Part shown: positions 9,690 through 17,776 of the stretch, in pieces
Position numbering within the stretch: position 1 is the first letter of the stretch
Layout of the letters: each line of letters starts with the position of its first letter
The notes under the pieces: model-generated
Told to the model about the DNA's origin: nothing
What the model saw: the letters and a program-made list of their open reading frames with translations, nothing else
The model's database searches: none
Source: Clostridia bacterium
Lineage (GTDB): Bacteria > Bacillota > Clostridia > TANB77 > CAG-508
Direction: 5' to 3'
Assembly: GCA_017458285.1 (NCBI GenBank)
Contig: JAFTFU010000002.1
Location: 92,171 to 156,170 of the forward strand
Length of the DNA stretch: 64,000 nt
Position numbers and translations under genes: made by a program

Positions 9690-10325
9690 ATGATAAAGAT
9701 TGAAAATGTAGATGTGCATGGTGTTGCAAGAGCTATATATTCAGCAAGAAACGCAATGAATAGTTGGGATAAGTCAGATAGCAGATTTGAAACAGATACA
9801 ATGGGAGAAAACGATCTAAAACTTGCTAAACAGCTTGTTAAAGCAGGAACAGACCATGCAAAATTCATGCGAATGATAATGGTAACGCTTGACATAACTG
9901 CACCGATGTACTGGTGGAAAGAAGCCTCAACCTATAAAGTGGGAACGGTAAGAAATTCATGTAGCACAATGCACACAATTCACAAAAAAGAATTTACACT
10001 TGATGATTTTTCACATGAGCATTTACTCACCGAAAAGGAAACTGAATGGGGCGATATATGTCCGATCATCACTCTTGAATGTACGATATCTGCTTTGAAC
10101 AATTTTAGAAAAAAGTTTCTCGAAACCAAAGATAAAAAATACTGGTGGCAAATAATTCAGCTTTTACCTTCAAGCTACAATCAGAGGTCAACGGTGCAAC
10201 TGAATTACGCAGTATTGAGGAATATCTACCACAGCCGCAAAAATCACAAAATTGATGAATGGAGAGATTTTTGTAAGTGGATTGAGGGATTACCTTGCAG
10301 TGAATTGATTACGATGGAGGATTAA
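9690..10325 (+). CDS. ThyX-fold (flavin-dependent thymidylate synthase-like) protein lacking the RHR signature
   Basis: Collinear with ThyX: DHAKFMRMIMVTLDITAPMYWWKEASTYKVGTVRNSCSTMH matches HETPFEHivFtFhvkAPifvarQwfRHRiaSynElSgRY. RHR is replaced by TYK and SGRY by CSTMH. The later block LRNIYHSRKNHKIDEW matches nLRadsHAQwEI. Confidence 0.5.
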   Translation: MIKIENVDVHGVARAIYSARNAMNSWDKSDSRFETDTMGENDLKLAKQLVKAGTDHAKFMRMIMVTLDITAPMYWWKEASTYKVGTVRNSCSTMHTIHKKEFTLDDFSHEHLLTEKETEWGDICPIITLECTISALNNFRKKFLETKDKKYWWQIIQLLPSSYNQRSTVQLNYAVLRNIYHSRKNHKIDEWRDFCKWIEGLPCSELITMED

Positions 10326-10326
10326 A

Positions 10327-10575
10327 ATGAATAAAGAAGCAATAACGGTAGGAGATGTTTACACCTCAAACGAAGATAAAAATCATTATATGAAAACAAT
10401 TATTGTATTGTATTATACTTCATTTGGTGATTGCTATATTCAATCTACAGACGGTGAAGTCGTGCGTGTAACCATAAAATATTTAAGACATTATTATCAC
10501 AAAATCGGACATATTGATAAGTTCGCCGAAGCGTTGAAAGAGTTGCAAAAAATGGCGGGAAATGTTGAGAGGTAA
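10327..10575 (+). CDS. Hypothetical small protein
   Basis: ORF tightly packed between neighbouring genes. Confidence 0.45.
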   Translation: MNKEAITVGDVYTSNEDKNHYMKTIIVLYYTSFGDCYIQSTDGEVVRVTIKYLRHYYHKIGHIDKFAEALKELQKMAGNVER

Positions 10576-10581
10576 AAAGAT

Positions 10582-11295
10582 ATGAAAAAATTAAAAGTCT
10601 TAGTAGCTTGTGAAGAATCACAAAGAGTATGCACGGCGTTCCGAGAGCGTGGGCATGAAGCGTTTAGTTGTGATATCATAAAGCCCTCAGGAGGACATCC
10701 AGAATGGCACATTCTCGGAAACGCTCTAAGCGTACTGAATCCAACTGGTTACACAAATTCCATTAGTTTTCGTACTATGGACGGGAATGAGTATTTTGTG
10801 AAAAAGTGGGATTTGATTATTGCTCATCCCCCTTGCACATATCTCAGCAACGCTGGAGCGTGCAGACTCTACCCCAAAAAAAGACAACTCAACATAGAAC
10901 GATATAAACAAGGGCTTGAAGCTAAGGAGTTCTTTATGGAATTTCTAAACGCTGACTGTGAACACATAGCTGTTGAAAACCCCATACCTACACGCGTATT
11001 TGGGTTGCCAAAATATACGCAGATAATTCAGCCTTATGAATATGGACACCCATACACCAAAAAAACTTGCTTATGGCTGAAAGGGTTGCCGAAATTACAG
11101 CCTACAGATATTGTCGAGCCGATAGGACCTTATGTGTGCGGCAATTCGGAGATATGGAAGAAACAGGCGGCAAACGGTAAAGTTATCGGTAAAGAAAAAA
11201 GCGCAAAGCACCGTTCAAAAACCTTTCAAGGAATAGCAAAAGCGATGGCTGAACAATGGTCAAAATATCTTTGTGGAATCCCCGAAAACACTTGA
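10582..11295 (+). CDS. Short phage C5-methyltransferase-like protein (VLVACEESQ / HPPCTYLS family)
   Basis: Motif IV IIAHPPCTYLS, motif VI VENP and a C-terminal RSKTFQGIAKAMAEQW block. The glycine-rich motif I is absent. Confidence 0.6.
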   Translation: MKKLKVLVACEESQRVCTAFRERGHEAFSCDIIKPSGGHPEWHILGNALSVLNPTGYTNSISFRTMDGNEYFVKKWDLIIAHPPCTYLSNAGACRLYPKKRQLNIERYKQGLEAKEFFMEFLNADCEHIAVENPIPTRVFGLPKYTQIIQPYEYGHPYTKKTCLWLKGLPKLQPTDIVEPIGPYVCGNSEIWKKQAANGKVIGKEKSAKHRSKTFQGIAKAMAEQWSKYLCGIPENT

Positions 11296-11301
11296 TTGTT
11301 A

Positions 11302-11352
11302 TACCACAATATATAGTATAATACAGATATATTAACACGATATATTGTGGTA
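11302..11352. promoter_or_regulatory. 13-bp inverted repeat enclosing a TATAAT box
   Basis: taccacaatatat (11302-11314) pairs with atatattgtggta (11340-11352). TATAAT at 11317-11322 sits in the loop, with TTGATT 19 nt upstream. Confidence 0.35.
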
Positions 11353-11407
11353 ATAATGACAATAAAACTACCATTTTATTTAATATGATAATTAAAGAGG
11401 GAATAAT

Positions 11408-11620
11408 ATGAATATAGAGGAAATCATTGACAATTTAAAGTATATGATAAGCGGACAATGTACCGATACACAATACGATTTTCAAGATGAGATAAATTTT
11501 GCAATTAAAAACTTGAAAAAAGAAGTACCTATTAAGCCCATCAAAACAAGTGACCCTCGCAATGGTGATGAAATTATGATTTGTTGCGAATGTATTTCAA
11601 TAATTAAAGATGGTGAATAG
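11408..11620 (+). CDS. Small zinc-ribbon protein interrupted by an in-frame TAG (frame continues to 11689)
   Basis: CCEC precedes the stop, and CPNC follows 17 codons after CCEC in the same frame. Confidence 0.5.
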   Translation: MNIEEIIDNLKYMISGQCTDTQYDFQDEINFAIKNLKKEVPIKPIKTSDPRNGDEIMICCECISIIKDGE

Positions 11621-11678
11621 TCAGCAAAATACTGTCCTAATTGTGGTCGAAGAATAAATTGGAAACGGAGGCAATCAA

Positions 11679-12848
11679 ATGATAATTGATAACATAAATA
11701 TATCAGATAACGATATGAAACAAATCAATAAAAACACAAGAAAAGATTTTACCAGAGATGATATTTATACTTTTGAAATAACGCTATGTGATAGTGAGTT
11801 AGATGCAAATTATGAAGCTATCAGCAAAGATTGTCTATATAAATTAAAAGATTTATCCCTCGGTTCATCTGGTTTCTTAACTTCGGATATAATGGCAAGA
11901 ATTTTTGATACATATATAGAGAAAGTATTTATAAGTAGGTCAAATTCAATTTTAGCAGAAGAAACATATAAACTTAAAGCTAAAGCGTATGTTTTCAAAA
12001 ATGCTATTACCGAAGAAGAATTGAACCATATATTAAATCATTCAGAAATAAGCGTAGGATTCTCTGTTAAAAGACGAGTATGTTCAATATGTGGCAGTTC
12101 TGAATGTAGTAAACATATTAAAGGGCAGAAATATGTTGATGAAGCCGGAATTAAACAACTTTGTTATAATCTTTTAAATGACCCAACAGACTTTTATGAA
12201 TGGAGTGTTGTTCCTAAACAGCAGGAATCAAAATCAAATGATAATAAACCAAAAGAAAATAAGGTAGCAATAGTGAAAACTAAATTGATGATTAACGGCA
12301 AACTTACCGATGTTAAACTTGATGAAAATGGTGGAATAACCATAATTAAACCTAAGAAACAGGTTACTGGGTGGGAAAAATACACAAGTGTGCAAAAGTA
12401 TAATAATGAAATAATTTTTTATTTTAATGGTTTTGAAAAGATTGATAAACGAAAAGCAAATGCTAATATACTCACTGATAATAATTTATATACAATAGCG
12501 AATTATTATACAAACGAAAAGTTGGCTGAAAATATTAGTCGTATGCAGACACTTCAAAGAAAAATGTTTAGATGGCAAGCTGAAAATGATGAACCGATAA
12601 AACCTGATGCTGCTAAAACTAAATATTATATAATGTACAATATTGAAGATAAAGAATTTAATATAGGTTGTACATATACTAAACTTTTTACTTCCTTACC
12701 ATATTTTTCTTCAAGACAAAAAGCGTTACAATGTATTCATACGTTTAAAGATGAACTAATATGGTTCTTTACTGAATTTCAATGGAGAACAGACTATGAT
12801 AATAATTCAATATCTTGCAAAGAAAGTAGTGTGAACAAAAATGATTGA
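11679..12848 (+). CDS. Hypothetical two-domain protein
   Basis: The N-terminal ~190 aa contain an ISVGFSVKRRVCSICGSSECSKH Cys/His cluster. A Lys/Asn-rich linker and a C-terminal domain follow. No family recognised. Confidence 0.5.
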   Translation: MIIDNINISDNDMKQINKNTRKDFTRDDIYTFEITLCDSELDANYEAISKDCLYKLKDLSLGSSGFLTSDIMARIFDTYIEKVFISRSNSILAEETYKLKAKAYVFKNAITEEELNHILNHSEISVGFSVKRRVCSICGSSECSKHIKGQKYVDEAGIKQLCYNLLNDPTDFYEWSVVPKQQESKSNDNKPKENKVAIVKTKLMINGKLTDVKLDENGGITIIKPKKQVTGWEKYTSVQKYNNEIIFYFNGFEKIDKRKANANILTDNNLYTIANYYTNEKLAENISRMQTLQRKMFRWQAENDEPIKPDAAKTKYYIMYNIEDKEFNIGCTYTKLFTSLPYFSSRQKALQCIHTFKDELIWFFTEFQWRTDYDNNSISCKESSVNKND

Positions 12849-13404
12849 AAAGAAAATGCCTGTTATTTTACTTATAGGTGAATCAGGTTCAGGTAAAAAT
12901 ACTGTACAAGACGAACTTGAAAGGTTGTATGGTTGTGTTCCGTTGTTATCATATACAACAAGACCAAAAAGATATGATGATGAAAATACCCATACGTTTG
13001 TTACAGAAGAAGAGTTTGATAAAATCTTAAAAAACGAAAAAGTGATTGCTTTTACAAGATTTGATGAACATAGATATTGTGCTACAAACAAACAGTTAGA
13101 ACAATCAGATGTTTATATTATTGATATGGAAGGATTACAAACATTATTAGAATTAAAAACGAACAAAGAAATTAATATTCCTTTCGTTGCTTTTTACTTA
13201 CAAGTGCCTGAAGAAGAAAGAATAAAACGCATGAGAAAACGTGGTGATTCTGAGAGGGCAATTAAACAAAGAATAGAGCATGATAGAATAGCGTTTCAAC
13301 GTGCAAGCGAATTATGTGAATATACTATCGATAATATAGATAGTACCGCAACAGCAAAAATGATTTATAGTTATGTATATGATGTAGTAATGAAAAATGA
13401 TTGA
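12841..13404 (+). CDS. Guanylate-kinase-like (d)NMP kinase
   Basis: P-loop GESGSGKNT and the guanylate kinase signature-like SYTTRPKRYDDENTHTFVTEEEF. Confidence 0.7.
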   Translation: MIEKKMPVILLIGESGSGKNTVQDELERLYGCVPLLSYTTRPKRYDDENTHTFVTEEEFDKILKNEKVIAFTRFDEHRYCATNKQLEQSDVYIIDMEGLQTLLELKTNKEINIPFVAFYLQVPEEERIKRMRKRGDSERAIKQRIEHDRIAFQRASELCEYTIDNIDSTATAKMIYSYVYDVVMKND

Positions 13405-13551
13405 TAATTATATTTTAATAAAATACAAAATAAGCAGTAACATAACAGATTTAATTAATGAAGGTATAACAGGCAAAGAATATTTCTGATATTCGTATAA
13501 AATAAATTTTAATAGATATAAATTTTAACAGATGTAAGGTGAGTAAATAAT

Positions 13552-13752
13552 ATGAAAAAATGTGTACTATCTATTATAGACGTTTCAACGCTTCTTGACA
13601 TTGGGAAAAATCAAGCCTATAATATTGTACAAAGGGCGTACTTACAACCAGATAAATTTTTCCCTGTATTTAAGATAGGGAATAGTTATAAAATTCCAAA
13701 ACAACCATTTTATAAATGGTTAAATAATTCTAATACATATTATGATTTATAG
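13552..13752 (+). CDS. xis: Excisionase/AlpA-like helix-turn-helix protein
   Basis: 66 aa with HTH SIIDVSTLLDIGKNQAYNIV and FKIGNSYKIPKQPFYKWL, located directly next to attP and int. Confidence 0.55.
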   Translation: MKKCVLSIIDVSTLLDIGKNQAYNIVQRAYLQPDKFFPVFKIGNSYKIPKQPFYKWLNNSNTYYDL

Positions 13753-13763
13753 TGCCGTTCTCA

Positions 13764-13795
13764 TGGTAACAATCTGGTAACAAAATTGGTAACAA
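13764..13795 (+). repeat. attP left arm: three direct TGGTAACAA repeats
   Basis: Copies at 13764, 13775 and 13787, in the same orientation as the right-arm copies. Confidence 0.75.
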
Positions 13796-13868
13796 ATTAA
13801 AGAATAAAAGAAGTGAAACAATGGTAAAATAAGTGAAATGAACTATTATACAGTTTTTAAAAAACCTT

Positions 13869-13890
13869 ATTTTAAGCCGATTTTAAGCCG
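13869..13890 (+). repeat. Tandem 11-mer attttaagccg x2 within attP
   Basis: Copies at 13869-13879 and 13880-13890, followed by a partial third copy. Confidence 0.7.
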
Positions 13891-13930
13891 ATTTAACACT
13901 GCAAGTGATAATATAAAAAAATATTTTACA

Positions 13931-13957
13931 GGGGTTCGATTCCCCTCGTCTCCACCA
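13931..13957 (+). other. attP core: 3' end of a tRNA gene (T-arm, acceptor 3' strand and CCA)
   Basis: GGGG-TTCGATT-CCCC followed by TCGTCTCC-A-CCA. No D arm or anticodon arm lies upstream, where the sequence is AT-rich. Confidence 0.7.
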
Positions 13958-14034
13958 ACTTTTTAAAAGTCATCAATTAATTTTTTAAAAAAACATCAGT
14001 ATTCATGGTAGTTTTGCTAACTGCTTTAAATCTT

Positions 14035-14076
14035 TGGTAACAAAATATGTTGTTTTGGTAACAAAATTGGTAACAA
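14035..14076 (+). repeat. attP right arm: three direct TGGTAACAA repeats
   Basis: Copies at 14035, 14056 and 14068. Confidence 0.75.
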
Positions 14077-14095
14077 AAATTACCTATTTAAGGCG

Positions 14096-14124
14096 TTGAC
14101 TTAATCTCCTCTATGTTATATAAT
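14096..14124 (+). promoter_or_regulatory. Near-consensus promoter of the integrase gene
   Basis: TTGACT (14096-14101), a 17-nt spacer, then TATAAT (14119-14124). Confidence 0.6.
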
Positions 14125-14182
14125 AATTATAGTGAAAAAAATAGTTATTATAATGTATTATATACATGGAGGGACACTTATT

Positions 14183-15358
14183 ATGTCAAGCAATAAGCGT
14201 AAAAAAATTGCAAAAAATCTATATTACGACAGCGACAGAAAACTTTATTATGTTAAATTTTATTATGGTATTATCAACGGCAAACAACAACAAGAATGGA
14301 AAACATACAAAACTAAAAACGATGCTACTAAAGCATTAAAACTTTTTGAAATCAACAGAGATGACGGAAGGAGTCTTGACCCATCAAAGCAAACACTTAC
14401 AGAGTTCCTTGACTATTGGTTGAAATATAAATCTACTCGTTGCGAATACACTACTATATATGGATATAAAAATATTATAAATAAATATTTAATTCCACAT
14501 TTAGGTAAAATGGCTTTAAAAAAAATACAGCCTACTCATATAATAACTTATATGAGTAATATTTCGGCAGAAGGTTTATCAAATAATACAATAAAAAAGC
14601 ACTATGATTTATTGAAATCAGTATTTAAACAAGCTGTAATAGAAGATAAAATTCCATTTAATATAATGGAAAAAGTCGAGCCACCTAAAATACAAAAAAA
14701 GGAAATGTCATTTTACACCATAGAAGAGTTAGCTCTTCTGTTGGATATCATCTCTGCAAAGCCTGCCCTTGACATTGCCGTTCATATTGCTGTTTATACA
14801 GGACTTAGAAGAGAAGAAATTCTTGGCTTGAAATGGGATTGTGTTGATTTTGATAATTCAATTTTTACAATCAAAAAAGCAATCACTAAAGCAGGAAGTA
14901 CAGTTATAGAAAAAATGCCAAAAACAAAAGGTTCTTATAGAAAAATAAGAATACCTGATTATCTTTTGCAAAAACTTAAAGAATACAAACAAATTCAAAT
15001 TAGAAATGCTCGGTTGTTTGGGAATAATGAATATGAATATATTTTTTGCAAACCAGATGGAGGTTTTTATCATGTAAATTACATCTCGACTATGTTTAAA
15101 AATGTAATCGAACAATATAATTTAAAACCCATTCGATTTCATGACCTAAGACATACTTTTGCATCCATAGCACAAGAATGTGGTATTAGTATTTTTGAAA
15201 TCAGTAAGGCATTGGGTCACAGTACTGTGGCTACTACATCTAATATTTATACCCATCTATTTGATGACACTCACGCAAAAGTTATAGATGGTGTGGCACA
15301 AGGCATAGATATGGCAAGAAATAAATTAAATTTAATTAATTCACAAAAAAATCAATAA
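14183..15358 (+). CDS. int: Tyrosine integrase
   Basis: Catalytic R (GLRREE), HxxR (RFHDLRHTFAS) and LGHS...NIYTH tyrosine. GGAGGG lies 9 nt before ATG 14183. Confidence 0.9.
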   Translation: MSSNKRKKIAKNLYYDSDRKLYYVKFYYGIINGKQQQEWKTYKTKNDATKALKLFEINRDDGRSLDPSKQTLTEFLDYWLKYKSTRCEYTTIYGYKNIINKYLIPHLGKMALKKIQPTHIITYMSNISAEGLSNNTIKKHYDLLKSVFKQAVIEDKIPFNIMEKVEPPKIQKKEMSFYTIEELALLLDIISAKPALDIAVHIAVYTGLRREEILGLKWDCVDFDNSIFTIKKAITKAGSTVIEKMPKTKGSYRKIRIPDYLLQKLKEYKQIQIRNARLFGNNEYEYIFCKPDGGFYHVNYISTMFKNVIEQYNLKPIRFHDLRHTFASIAQECGISIFEISKALGHSTVATTSNIYTHLFDDTHAKVIDGVAQGIDMARNKLNLINSQKNQ

Positions 15359-15367
15359 CGTAAAAAA

Positions 15368-15412
15368 TAGGGAAGTATTCTACCGTTTTATTTAGTAGTC
15401 AATACTTCCCTA
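15368..15412. terminator. Bidirectional terminator between convergent int and the late operon
   Basis: tagggaagtatt / aatacttcccta 12-bp stem, flanked by an A-run on the left and an A/T-run on the right. Confidence 0.65.
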
Positions 15413-15425
15413 AAAATTTTTACAC

Positions 15426-16130
15426 CTATACCTCCATTAATGTATTTGCGTTAAGAGCATAATATTGTTTTCCATCATTGCATGGGTATACACTATTAGC
15501 CGTAACCGTACTGCAATCTTTCATTCCTATTATCTCATCTACTTTTTGCGTTCCTGATAATATTATTTTAGATGTTGAAACATCAATATCTACACCTGAT
15601 TCGCCACCAACATAATTAAATCGTGTTCGTGTTTTATACGGTTGATTGTTTAGGTCATAAAAATCTGTGTCGATTGCGGGGCTCGAAATATACGAACTCG
15701 AACCGGCATATTTATAAGCGTAAATGTTTTCTAAATTATTGCATTTAACGAAAATAAACTCATCATGCCACTTATCACTTCCACTAAATGTGGGTGGGAT
15801 AAGCTTCAAATCAATGCAATTATCATTCTCTGCGTATAAAACTTGTAGTCCACGCTCGGCAGATGCAATAGAAGAAGTCTGTGTAGATGTAGGTAGCCTT
15901 GTCTCAGAAGCTATTTCCGTGTCATTAACAAAAAGTGTCATTGTTACATAATACCAGTTTGAGTCTGGCACAAAGGTTATTTTATAAATATCATCGATAA
16001 TAACACCTTTATCTGTTTCGCTGTCAATTCTTTTAATTCTATCGCTCAATGAAGTTAAGCCGCTTAGAATTACTTCCATTGTCTCATCGCTACCGTAACC
16101 ATATCTTGTAAAGCGTTTTAGAATATACAT
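15426..16130 (-). CDS. Hypothetical protein (last gene of the late operon)
   Basis: ORF with a packed context; no motif recognised. Confidence 0.5.
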   Translation of the reverse strand: MYILKRFTRYGYGSDETMEVILSGLTSLSDRIKRIDSETDKGVIIDDIYKITFVPDSNWYYVTMTLFVNDTEIASETRLPTSTQTSSIASAERGLQVLYAENDNCIDLKLIPPTFSGSDKWHDEFIFVKCNNLENIYAYKYAGSSSYISSPAIDTDFYDLNNQPYKTRTRFNYVGGESGVDIDVSTSKIILSGTQKVDEIIGMKDCSTVTANSVYPCNDGKQYYALNANTLMEV

Positions 16131-16134
16131 TTAA

Positions 16135-16512
16135 TCACTCCTTACTTGTTATAAAATATTGTGTTGCTTTTTCGTTGTATGGATTGGTGGCTTCTACCCA
16201 AACTTTATATAATCCACTTTGCAATGTAATTTCTACTGTTGTGCCTTCACCACCAGTTGCAATTACTTCACCGCCTTTTGCATAGCCTGCACCCTCACAA
16301 TAGACTGCAAATTCGCAATTATCAGTGTTTGATGAACAAGTAACAGTTGCTCTCTGATTTATAACTTGAATTGTTGACGTATTATTTAAATTGCTGATTT
16401 TTAAAGCTTTAATATCAACAGTATTAAGCTTATAACCGCCTCTATTGCTGCACATACACTGTTTGAACTCACCTTGTAAACCTTGTGGTTTCATTAAATA
16501 ACCAACAATCAT
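16135..16512 (-). CDS. Hypothetical small beta-rich protein
   Basis: ORF only. Confidence 0.45.
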   Translation of the reverse strand: MIVGYLMKPQGLQGEFKQCMCSNRGGYKLNTVDIKALKISNLNNTSTIQVINQRATVTCSSNTDNCEFAVYCEGAGYAKGGEVIATGGEGTTVEITLQSGLYKVWVEATNPYNEKATQYFITSKE

Positions 16513-16532
16513 TAACTATCACCTCATATTAA

Positions 16533-16943
16533 TTAAAGCCTATTCCATTTTGTAGTTGTGCTTGTAATGTCATCCCCACCATATGTGATTTCATCAGTGG
16601 ACGTTTCTTCACTACCTACTACAGAAGGTAACACTCTAAATACAGAAGGGCGAATTATTGGTATACGTTGACCATCGGATTGCTGTAAAACGATATCGTA
16701 AATATATCGTCCTTCAGGAATATTCATTTCCTTAGTCGTTATATAAAGAAAATAGGATTCCATTTCTTTATGATAGTCTGAATTAGTCAAAACTTTATAT
16801 ATTAAATATCGATCGCTGTTTTTGTTTTTCACGCCGAAAATTAATTTTTCGTTTTGAGACAATTTATAATATCCATCATTATATGGAATAACAATGTTAT
16901 CGCTATACATTCTATTGTGCCATGCTTTTATTGTGTTCAACAT
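16533..16943 (-). CDS. Hypothetical tail-associated Ig-like protein
   Basis: EGRYIYDIVLQQSDGQRIPI...FRVLPSV resembles phage Ig-like/BppU-type N-terminal domains. The match is weak. Confidence 0.4.
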   Translation of the reverse strand: MLNTIKAWHNRMYSDNIVIPYNDGYYKLSQNEKLIFGVKNKNSDRYLIYKVLTNSDYHKEMESYFLYITTKEMNIPEGRYIYDIVLQQSDGQRIPIIRPSVFRVLPSVVGSEETSTDEITYGGDDITSTTTKWNRL

Positions 16944-16981
16944 TTCAGGTCACCTCGTTATCTCATTGTTAAAATTATCAT

Positions 16982-17299
16982 TTATGTATCGATCGATGGG
17001 GGAGTGGGTAAATTCATAAATTTATCATGTATATCATTCATCACACCATTCGCTCCTAAAGCATGATATTGTGTCCAGCAATTCTCAAAATTTTCTCTTG
17101 CATATATAGGGGCATATCCTTTTCCGTTCCAATAATTATAGTCGTTTATCATTTGACTTCTCAGCATAGCCTGTAAACCAAATTTTAATGCCGAATATTG
17201 TTCATTTTGTTTCTTGATAATTCTATAAAACCAAACTAAAACAGTCGCTACAGACGGCACTCCTAAAGCACCAAGTATCTGATACCATGTCATATACAT
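16982..17299 (-). CDS. Small membrane protein, holin-like
   Basis: N-terminal TM segment WYQILGALGVPSVATVLVWFY followed by a charged region, next to an LL-H-type holin. Confidence 0.45.
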   Translation of the reverse strand: MYMTWYQILGALGVPSVATVLVWFYRIIKKQNEQYSALKFGLQAMLRSQMINDYNYWNGKGYAPIYARENFENCWTQYHALGANGVMNDIHDKFMNLPTPPSIDT

Positions 17300-17309
17300 C
17301 CTCCTTTAA

Positions 17310-17346
17310 TTAAAAATAGGGGTTGTCGTTCAACACAACAACCCCT
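17310..17346 (-). terminator. Rho-independent terminator
   Basis: aggggttgt / acaacccct 9-bp stem, followed on the minus strand by ATTTTT. Confidence 0.55.
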
Positions 17347-17364
17347 AACTAATCTCTTGCACTT

Positions 17365-17745
17365 TTATTCCTTATGCTTATTAACAACCTCTTCGATTTT
17401 AGTAACAAGCCATTCTTCAAAATCACCATAATTGTCGCAAATAGTTTTCATAATATCTGCGTTAAACATAGTATTAACACTATCTTTGGCTTTCTGTAGT
17501 GCTATCTTTTGTGCTTCTCTATCAAACGAATCGCTGTCTTTGAGTGAATCAACGTAGGTCTGTGTTACTGAAAGAACCGCCTGTTCAACAATGGCATTAG
17601 CGGTTTCTATATTTTGTTTTACTTTTTCATTGTTGATTTTTTCTTCTGTGATTTTTGTAATCTGGTTACGAGCATAAATTACTATGTAATAAAAAATTGC
17701 AAATATTAAAGTTACAAGCACATCGCTAATAATTTCTTTAAACAT
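17365..17745 (-). CDS. Holin, LL-H-like
   Basis: A single N-terminal TM segment (VLVTLIFAIFYYIVIYA), then AIVEQAVLSVTQTYV...KIALQKAKDSV, typical of the Holin_LLH layout. Confidence 0.5.
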   Translation of the reverse strand: MFKEIISDVLVTLIFAIFYYIVIYARNQITKITEEKINNEKVKQNIETANAIVEQAVLSVTQTYVDSLKDSDSFDREAQKIALQKAKDSVNTMFNADIMKTICDNYGDFEEWLVTKIEEVVNKHKE

Positions 17746-17776
17746 ACAAACTCCTCCTTATGTAATTTATAGTATT

